A DNA stretch of 34,640 nt from Basidiobolus meristosporus CBS 931.73 (taxonomy: Eukaryota; Fungi; Basidiobolomycota), in assembly GCA_002104905.1 (NCBI GenBank), contig MCFE01000801.1, positions 1-34,640 on the forward strand. Direction: 5' to 3'. The notes under the pieces are model-generated. The model did no database searches. It saw only the letters and a list, made by a program, of their open reading frames with translations, and was not told where the DNA came from. Both the position numbers and the translations under genes were made by a program. Below are positions 1 to 7,989 of the stretch, piece by piece (position 1 is the stretch's first letter; every line of letters starts with the position of its first letter).

Positions 1-70
1 CACTACTGATAGATCTCATGGCAAATCTGATAATACCTAGGTGGGCTAACAAAACAATCATAGAGATAGC

Positions 71-190
71 ATGGCAGCTGGGCCTGATTTACTGATGGCA
101 GCTGGGCCTGATTTACTGATGGCAGCTGGGCCTGATTTACTGATGGCAGCTGGGCCTGATTTACTGATGGCAGCTGGGCCTGATTTACTG
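71..190. repeat. 24-bp minisatellite ATGGCAGCTGGGCCTGATTTACTG x5
   Basis: Five perfect head-to-tail copies ending 179 bp upstream of the ATG at 370. Confidence 0.97.
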
Positions 191-369
191 ATGGGTCTAT
201 AGTGATCACAGTGCCATAGAAACATATCTGAGGCTCTGTTAGTGGAGATGACTGGCAAGGAGAAAAAGTATTTAAGTCCAAATGGTCACCACTGGTATAG
301 CATCATCCTATCTTGCCTCAACTCATTAGTGGTATTCCTATAAAAACTCATCTCTTTCTCTTAGTTAAA

Positions 370-801
370 ATGAAGTTCTCTTTCAGCAATCTCTCACTGG
401 CCACTGTTGTTGGTGTTCTTTTCCTTGGAACCACACTCTCCCTTCCCCATGGTCAGGCAGATGCAGGTACCAGCAAAGTTCAGAAGAGAGGCTACTCATA
501 CTATGACTATGATGATTGCTGTGACCCCTGCTATGATCCTTGTTATGATGATTGCTGGGATCCCTGCTGTGATCCTTGCTATGATCCCTGCTATGATGAC
601 TGCTGTGATCCCTGCTGTGACCCATGCTGTGACCCATGCTGTGATCCTTGCTGTGACCCTTGCTGTGATCCTTGCTGTGATCCTTGCTGTGACCCATGCT
701 GTGATCCCTGCTGTGATCCATGCTGTGATCCCTGCTATGATCCTTGCTATGATGATTGCTGTGACCCATGCTGGGATGATTGCTATGATGACTGCTGCTG
801 A
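370..801 (+). CDS. Secreted Cys/Asp/Pro-rich tetrapeptide-repeat prepropeptide, copy 1 (143 aa)
   Basis: True start is AAAATG at 370 (the track ORF begins at an upstream TTG). MKFSFSNLSLATVVGVLFLGTTLS is signal-peptide-like; QKR at residues 38-40 is a Kex2-type site; then GYSYYDY and 24 x D[PD]C[CYW]. Variation among identical tetrapeptides is confined to synonymous third positions (GAT/GAC, CCC/CCT/CCA, TGC/TGT), which supports this frame. Confidence 0.85.
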   Translation: MKFSFSNLSLATVVGVLFLGTTLSLPHGQADAGTSKVQKRGYSYYDYDDCCDPCYDPCYDDCWDPCCDPCYDPCYDDCCDPCCDPCCDPCCDPCCDPCCDPCCDPCCDPCCDPCCDPCCDPCYDPCYDDCCDPCWDDCYDDCC

Positions 802-1174
802 GTTGGGTACCATAAAGTGCCCACAGCTAGAATTAGCTAATGCCAGTGCTGCAAGTTGTACTGTGCTGGTTTTGCATCACCTAAATTACTCAATGTCTGC
901 AATTTTGAATAAAGTCACTCTTGTTAGCTGATATGTATATATGATAGATTGTGATTTCAGGGATCAGCATGTGGCTCTTATTTATCAAGCACTCTCCCAT
1001 CATCAGGGCATAAACAAGTGGAGTACAAAAAAGAAAGCTGCTGTTTAGGGTTAGTCAGCCTACACTAGCTTTTACTTGGGTCTGGGCAACAAAAATGAAT
1101 CTGTGGTATAAAATATTCTTGCAAACCAGCCTACTTTTACATCACTGACTTGACCTTCATTTCTGCCAGAATTA

Positions 1175-1245
1175 TGGAGCTTGTGGGAATTGAACCCTGC
1201 ACCTGAAGCACTAAGGCCCAGCTCTAAACCCAACTGCCAGACATC
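1175..1245 (-). other. tRNA-like 3' half / Pol III B-box remnant in the repeat unit (also at 2395 and 3591)
   Basis: The minus strand reads ...GCAGGGTTCAATTCCCACAAGCTCCA: an exact GGTTCRANTCC B-box followed by an acceptor-like end. No convincing 5' acceptor strand or D arm, so it is not called a tRNA. Confidence 0.35.
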
Positions 1246-1314
1246 ACTACTGATAGATCTCATGGCAAATCTGATAATACCTAGGTGGGCTAACAAAACA
1301 ATCATAGAGATAGC

Positions 1315-1410
1315 ATGGCAGCTGGGCCTGATTTACTGATGGCAGCTGGGCCTGATTTACTGATGGCAGCTGGGCCTGATTTACTGATGGCAGCTGGGCC
1401 TGATTTACTG
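1315..1410. repeat. 24-bp minisatellite x4
   Basis: Four perfect copies upstream of CDS copy 2. Confidence 0.97.
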
Positions 1411-1589
1411 ATGGGTCTATAGTGATCACAGTGCCATAGAAACATATCTGAGGCTCTGTTAGTGGAGATGACTGGCAAGGAGAAAAAGTATTTAAGTCCA
1501 AATGGTCACCACTGGTATAGCATCATCCTATCTTGCCTCAACTCATTAGTGGTATTCCTATAAAAACTCATCTCTTTCTCTTAGTTAAA

Positions 1590-2021
1590 ATGAAGTTCTC
1601 TTTCAGCAATCTCTCACTGGCCACTGTTGTTGGTGTTCTTTTCCTTGGAACCACACTCTCCCTTCCCCATGGTCAGGCAGATGCAGGTACCAGCAAAGTT
1701 CAGAAGAGAGGCTACTCATACTATGACTATGATGATTGCTGTGACCCCTGCTATGATCCTTGTTATGATGATTGCTGGGATCCCTGCTGTGATCCTTGCT
1801 ATGATCCCTGCTATGATGACTGCTGTGATCCCTGCTGTGACCCATGCTGTGACCCATGCTGTGATCCTTGCTGTGACCCTTGCTGTGATCCTTGCTGTGA
1901 TCCTTGCTGTGACCCATGCTGTGATCCCTGCTGTGATCCATGCTGTGATCCCTGCTATGATCCTTGCTATGATGATTGCTGTGACCCATGCTGGGATGAT
2001 TGCTATGATGACTGCTGCTGA
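1590..2021 (+). CDS. Secreted D[PD]C[CYW]-repeat prepropeptide, copy 2 (143 aa)
   Basis: Translation identical to copy 1; no nucleotide difference spotted by eye. Confidence 0.85.
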   Translation: MKFSFSNLSLATVVGVLFLGTTLSLPHGQADAGTSKVQKRGYSYYDYDDCCDPCYDPCYDDCWDPCCDPCYDPCYDDCCDPCCDPCCDPCCDPCCDPCCDPCCDPCCDPCCDPCCDPCCDPCYDPCYDDCCDPCWDDCYDDCC

Positions 2022-2534
2022 GTTGGGTACCATAAAGTGCCCACAGCTAGAATTAGCTAATGCCAGTGCTGCAAGTTGTACTGTGCTGGTTTTGCATCAC
2101 CTAAATTACTCAATGTCTGCAATTTTGAATAAAGTCACTCTTGTTAGCTGATATGTATATATGATAGATTGTGATTTCAGGGATCAGCATGTGGCTCTTA
2201 TTTATCAAGCACTCTCCCATCATCAGGGCATAAACAAGTGGAGTACAAAAAAGAAAGCTGCTGTTTAGGGTTAGTCAGCCTACACTAGCTTTTACTTGGG
2301 TCTGGGCAACAAAAATGAATCTGTGGTATAAAATATTCTTGCAAACCAGCCTACTTTTACATCACTGACTTGACCTTCATTTCTGCCAGAATTATGGAGC
2401 TTGTGGGAATTGAACCCTGCACCTGAAGCACTAAGGCCCAGCTCTAAACCCAACTGCCAGACATCACTACTGATAGATCTCATGGCAAATCTGATAATAC
2501 CTAGGTGGGCTAACAAAACAATCATAGAGATAGC

Positions 2535-2606
2535 ATGGCAGCTGGGCCTGATTTACTGATGGCAGCTGGGCCTGATTTACTGATGGCAGCTGGGCCTGAT
2601 TTACTG
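2535..2606. repeat. 24-bp minisatellite x3
   Basis: Three perfect copies upstream of CDS copy 3. Confidence 0.97.
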
Positions 2607-2785
2607 ATGGGTCTATAGTGATCACAGTGCCATAGAAACATATCTGAGGCTCTGTTAGTGGAGATGACTGGCAAGGAGAAAAAGTATTTAAGTCCAAATG
2701 GTCACCACTGGTATAGCATCATCCTATCTTGCCTCAACTCATTAGTGGTATTCCTATAAAAACTCATCTCTTTCTCTTAGTTAAA

Positions 2786-3217
2786 ATGAAGTTCTCTTTC
2801 AGCAATCTCTCACTGGCCACTGTTGTTGGTGTTCTTTTCCTTGGAACCACACTCTCCCTTCCCCATGGTCAGGCAGATGCAGGTACCAGCAAAGTTCAGA
2901 AGAGAGGCTACTCATACTATGACTATGATGATTGCTGTGACCCCTGCTATGATCCTTGTTATGATGATTGCTGGGATCCCTGCTGTGATCCTTGCTATGA
3001 TCCCTGCTATGATGACTGCTGTGATCCCTGCTGTGACCCATGCTGTGACCCATGCTGTGATCCTTGCTGTGACCCTTGCTGTGATCCTTGCTGTGATCCT
3101 TGCTGTGACCCATGCTGTGATCCCTGCTGTGATCCATGCTGTGATCCCTGCTATGATCCTTGCTATGATGATTGCTGTGACCCATGCTGGGATGATTGCT
3201 ATGATGACTGCTGCTGA
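2786..3217 (+). CDS. Secreted D[PD]C[CYW]-repeat prepropeptide, copy 3 (143 aa)
   Basis: Translation identical to copies 1 and 2. Confidence 0.85.
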   Translation: MKFSFSNLSLATVVGVLFLGTTLSLPHGQADAGTSKVQKRGYSYYDYDDCCDPCYDPCYDDCWDPCCDPCYDPCYDDCCDPCCDPCCDPCCDPCCDPCCDPCCDPCCDPCCDPCCDPCCDPCYDPCYDDCCDPCWDDCYDDCC

Positions 3218-3730
3218 GTTGGGTACCATAAAGTGCCCACAGCTAGAATTAGCTAATGCCAGTGCTGCAAGTTGTACTGTGCTGGTTTTGCATCACCTAA
3301 ATTACTCAATGTCTGCAATTTTGAATAAAGTCACTCTTGTTAGCTGATATGTATATATGATAGATTGTGATTTCAGGGATCAGCATGTGGCTCTTATTTA
3401 TCAAGCACTCTCCCATCATCAGGGCATAAACAAGTGGAGTACAAAAAAGAAAGCTGCTGTTTAGGGTTAGTCAGCCTACACTAGCTTTTACTTGGGTCTG
3501 GGCAACAAAAATGAATCTGTGGTATAAAATATTCTTGCAAACCAGCCTACTTTTACATCACTGACTTGACCTTCATTTCTGCCAGAATTATGGAGCTTGT
3601 GGGAATTGAACCCTGCACCTGAAGCACTAAGGCCCAGCTCTAAACCCAACTGCCAGACATCACTACTGATAGATCTCATGGCAAATCTGATAATACCTAG
3701 GTGGGCTAACAAAACAATCATAGAGATAGC

Positions 3731-3826
3731 ATGGCAGCTGGGCCTGATTTACTGATGGCAGCTGGGCCTGATTTACTGATGGCAGCTGGGCCTGATTTAC
3801 TGATGGCAGCTGGGCCTGATTTACTG
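3731..3826. repeat. 24-bp minisatellite x4
   Basis: Four perfect copies upstream of copy 4. Confidence 0.97.
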
Positions 3827-4005
3827 ATGGGTCTATAGTGATCACAGTGCCATAGAAACATATCTGAGGCTCTGTTAGTGGAGATGACTGGCAAGGAGAA
3901 AAAGTATTTAAGTCCAAATGGTCACCACTGGTATAGCATCATCCTATCTTGCCTCAACTCATTAGTGGTATTCCTATAAAAACTCATCTCTTTCTCTTAG
4001 TTAAA

Positions 4006-4401
4006 ATGAAGTTCTCTTTCAGCAATCTCTCACTGGCCACTGTTGTTGGTGTCCTTTTCCTTGGAACCACACTCTCCCTTCCCCATGGTCAGGCTGCTGC
4101 AGGTACCAGTAAAGTTCAGAAGTGAGGCTACTCATCCTATGACTATGATGATTGCTGTGACCCCTGCTATGATCCTTGTTATGATGATTGCTGGGATCCC
4201 TGCTGTGATCCTTGCTATGATCCTTGCTATGATGACTGCTGTGATCCTTGCTGTGATCCCTGCTGTGACCCATGCTGTGACCCATGCTGTGATCCTTGCT
4301 GTGACCCTTGCTGTGACCCTTGCTGTGATCCCTGCTATGATCCTTGCTATGATGATTGCTGTGACCCATGCTGGGATGATTGCTATGATGACTGCTGCTG
4401 A
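4006..4401 (+). pseudogene. Diverged copy 4 of the D[PD]C[CYW]-repeat gene with a premature stop
   Basis: Codon 40 is TGA (4123-4125) where the other copies have AGA. Downstream the frame stays open with 21 tetrapeptides (7 central DPCC instead of 10), ending TGC TGC TGA at 4401. Confidence 0.88.
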
Positions 4402-6680
4402 GTTGGGTAGCCTAAAGTGCCCACAGCTAGAATTAGCTATTGCCAGTGCTGCAAGTTGTACTGTGCTGGTTTTGCATCACCTAAATTACTCAATGCCTAC
4501 AATTTTGAATAAAGTCAATCATGTTAAGCTGAACTGCTCAATTTTGAGTAAAAATGAACAAAAATTAGCTGTGTGAATTAGAGATCACAGTATGTACAAG
4601 TTACAATGCAGGTACATTGTACTTGAGCATGCAAATATCGCTGAAACTGATAAAGCTAACTGGGAGACACAACATAGAAGGCTAGGACACATTGGGGAAC
4701 AGAAATTGAGCCAATTGGTGAAAAATGAGCTTGTTTTAGGCCTAAATTACTCAATTCCAATCAAGTTGAGTGTCTGTAAGGGATGTTCATATGGCAAACA
4801 ACCAAGGGCATATTTAAGAAGCTCAGGAGGTATCAACACTTCCATATTTTTGGCTAATGTACACACAGACATATGTGAGCCCATGAGAGCACTGCCATTG
4901 GAGCCAAGAGATACTTTAAGACAATTATTGCTGACATGGGGAAGTTAGAATTGTATATACTTCCTCAAAAAAGGGATAAGGCTATAGAGATGTTGAAACA
5001 CTTCAAGGCCATGGTAGAAACAGAAACCAGGTGTAAGTTGAAGATACTTTGAAGTGACAATAGAGGGGTATATGGCTTAAAGAAGTTTACAAAAGACTGC
5101 TCATGTACTGATATTCTTCAGTAGACCACTGTTCCAAGTACACCACAGCAAAATGGAGTAGAAGAGGGTGCAAATAGAGCAATAGTACTAATGGGAAGAT
5201 CTATGCTACATGATAAGGGAATGAACTACAAGTTTTGAGCTAAATTCTTTGCTACAGTAGTATACAGCATGAATAGATGCCCAACAACAGCAGAACATAA
5301 TTCTACATGCTTTAAAGTATATATAGGCAAAAAATCAGACCTCTAGCACCTCAGGATCTTTGACAGTGGTGTCCTTAAGAACATTGCTGAAAAAAATGCT
5401 CAAAGCCGGAACCATAGAGTAGAAAAGGGATCTTTCTTGGGTACTATAATGATACTAAAGAGCATAGAGTGTATGATGGCAAAATTCTAAAGCTGATCAA
5501 GAGCAGGGACATTGTATTTGAGGAGAATTCAGATCAGAGAGCCAGATAAATCTTTGGTCAGCTGCCTGCGGATTCCATCCACACTAATGAAGAAGATACA
5601 CACCAGATTCAATAAGATACAGAAGATAATTCCGCCTGCTCCAGATCAGAGCAGATTATCCCAGTTAGGAGATCTACCAGAATAAGAAATGCCCCTGGAT
5701 CCTGGTGGCAGACATCCAATAATCATGAAGAAGCTTAACTTGCATTTTGTGCCAAATCTCCAAATCTGGAACAGGCAATACAAAGTCCAGATGATATTAT
5801 GTGGCATCAAGCCATGCAGGAGGAGTACCAAACACTGATCAAAGCAAAAATATGGGAATTGGTAGATTTACCAAATGGGAGAAAGCCAATAAGATATTGA
5901 TGGATCTACAAGATCAGGATAACCTCAAATAATACCATTAATTAGTTCAAGGCTAGATTGGTGGCTAAAGCCTATTCCCAGAACCAGAGATTAGACTAGA
6001 AGGGGACATTTGCTCCAGTTGCCAAGTTCAACTCCATAAGGGTGATTCCAGCCCTGGCAGCTGTACACAGTCCAGATCCACACCAGGTGGATGTCAAAGC
6101 AGCCATTCTCAATGGGGACTTGCAAGAAACTATATATTTGAAGTAACCAGAATGTTTTACCAGTCCCAATGGACCCCATAAGATGTGCAGACCCAGGAAA
6201 TTTTTGTAGGGGCTTAAGCAGGCACCTAAAGCATGGTATAACAAGATTGACACATTTCTAGAGGAGACTGGGCTCATTTGCAGTGGAGTTCACAGTACCT
6301 ATGTGAAACAGCTCAAAAAGAGGGTGATCATCCTAATTATTGATGTGAACAACCTAAAAATAGCTACAAGCAACCAGGAGGTACTTAAACAGATGAAATC
6401 AGATCTCCTCAGCATGTATGAGATAAAGGAGCTTGCAAAATTGAGCTATTTTCTGGGAATTGAAGTGAACTTTGATATATCTACTTAGAAAGTTGGGCTG
6501 AATCAGTCTAAGCTTATCAATGTAATTCTTAGATGCTTCAGAATGGAAAATTGCAAGCCTGCAGCTACCCCTATGGAAAATAATCTAAATTAAGCAAATC
6601 TCAGCCAGTTTAGACATAAATGGCTCAAATATGGACCTAAACTCTCCCTATCAATCAATGATTGGTAGCCTGATGTACTC

Positions 6681-7046
6681 TGTTACAAGTCTTGGTATAA
6701 GAGTTGCAGAGGAATAGGGTGTTTAGCTAGTATTGTATTCACTAAAACTTGTACTGATTTTATTGAGGTTCAAGCAGCTCCTTAAATACATTTTGCCAGA
6801 TCAATTGCTGACTAATTGTATTTCCTAATGTAGGTTGTAGCTGATGACTCATATGATTGCATCATCATCACCCAATAAGATCCTACTTAATATATCTATT
6901 TATGTCTGATAAGGATCTGCTGATTCATTTGCTGACTAATGCTACTGATTTCATAGAAAATACTGATTTACTGATAACCTAAACATATGCTAATTAATTT
7001 GACTAAAACTGATCTAACTTAAACATTCAAGCGGCAGATCATAACA
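6681..7046 (-). mobile_element. Solo LTR of the Ty3/gypsy family found at 10359-16325, inserted in the copia RT
   Basis: Reverse complement of the LTRs at 13589 and 15127 (TGTTATGATC...TTGTAACA). Removing it restores GSLMYLMLSTCPDIA; degenerate 4-bp TSD ACTC/GCTT. Confidence 0.9.
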
Positions 7047-7696
7047 GCTTAATGTTGTCTACATGTCCTGACATTGCTGTGGCGGCTGGAATAGTAAGAT
7101 AATTCATGCAGAATTAAGGATCACATCTAATTACAGCTGTGAATTGCATTTTCAGATATCTACATGGTACCATAAATATGCTACTGGAACACTCTGGAGC
7201 AGTTGATAGGCAAAACTATGATGGTTATAGTGGTTAAGATTGGGGTAGAGATCTGATTGATAGATGCACTACTACTGGGTATGCATTTCTTCTTGTTGGT
7301 GCAACTATTATTTGGAATTGAAAGAAACAACTATCTATGGCCCTATCTACAACTGATTCTAAATATATGGCTGCTTGCCAAGCAACTAAGGAGGCTAAAT
7401 GCTTACAGAAAATATTCAAAGACCTAGGCTTTCACCCAGAAGTATCAATATGTATTTACAAAGATGATCAAAGTTGCATTTTGTTAGCTAGGAATTCTAT
7501 CAATCATGCAAGAACTAAGCACATAGAGTTACAACACCACTTTGTGAGGGAAGCTGTGGAAAATAACTTAGTAGAGTTAGTTTTCCGTCCCACTGACAAA
7601 ATAGGGGCAGATATGTTGACAAAACCGCTAGCTAGACCACCATTTGGGATCCTCAGAGAGGAATTAGAATTAAGAAATGATTTAGTCAAGGAGGTG

Positions 7697-7954
7697 TGTT
7701 ATAATATTGGACTATTTAGTATCATTCAGCAGCTAAAAGTTAATGTACCAACCCTGGAACTGTTACCAAATGCTCCTGAATGTTAAGAAACCCTACTTAC
7801 TTAGTGTTACAGCTGTAATACTTTTACAAGGGTATAAATACTGAGCCTCTTTATGAATAAACAAGAGTTCAACTATTATCACTATATCTTCATGAGTTCC
7901 TTATATCCAAATCACTTCTTATATTGCAACACAAACAGTTTGACTCTTACAACA
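7697..7954 (+). repeat. Probable 3' LTR of the copia element
   Basis: Follows RNase H and a purine tract (AAGGAGG). Termini TGTTATAA...TTACAACA, internal TATAAATA and AATAAA. No partner LTR in the window. Confidence 0.7.
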
Positions 7955-7989
7955 GATCATTATTATATTAATTTTTTGTCTATGCACAT

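Larger units (their letters stand above)
1..4530 (+). repeat. Tandem array of ~1.2-kb gene-containing units (4 units seen, continues beyond left edge)
   Basis: ATG positions 370, 1590, 2786, 4006 give periods of 1220, 1196 and 1220 bp; the length differences equal 24-bp minisatellite copy differences. Similarity to unit 1 is lost at about 4530. Confidence 0.97.
4590..7954 (+). mobile_element. Degenerate Ty1/copia retrotransposon, 5'-truncated (pre-integrase, IN, RT, RNase H, 3' LTR)
   Basis: Motifs HRRLGHIG..CKGCSYGKQ..VHTDICEPM (4670-4890), WHQAMQEEY..FKARLVAK..TFAPVAK..QVDVKAAILNGDL (5800-6150), YQSMIGSLMY/TCPDIA, and ALSTTDSKYMA..HARTKHIEL..ADMLTKPL. IN precedes RT (copia order). Many stops and frameshifts. 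Confidence 0.93.

Noticed and set aside
71-190. CRISPR-like array
   Set aside because: Repeats are head-to-tail with no spacers, the context is eukaryotic and there are no cas genes.
3-281. Minus-strand ORFs with PSVNQAQL or AAISKSGP repeats
   Set aside because: Translations of the 24-bp minisatellite; no coding features.
490-801. Classical Kex2-repeat RiPP (dikaritin-type) precursor
   Set aside because: Only one KR site, no dibasic sites between repeats, and no DUF3328 or other tailoring gene recognisable in the window. Not excluded beyond the left edge.
383-931. Alternative-frame ORFs over the 12-bp repeat (HSKD-, AVIP- and ITAW-type translations, repeated in each unit)
   Set aside because: Shadows of a stop-free repeat. 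Only the DPCC frame has a signal peptide, a KR site and variation confined to third codon positions.
793-960. Selenocysteine readthrough of TGC TGC TGA
   Set aside because: The TGA falls at the Asp position of the repeat register and I see no SECIS-like AUGA/AA/GA hairpin in the 3' UTR.
1045-1054. TTAGGGTTAG telomere-like motif in each unit
   Set aside because: Under two repeats; expected by chance.
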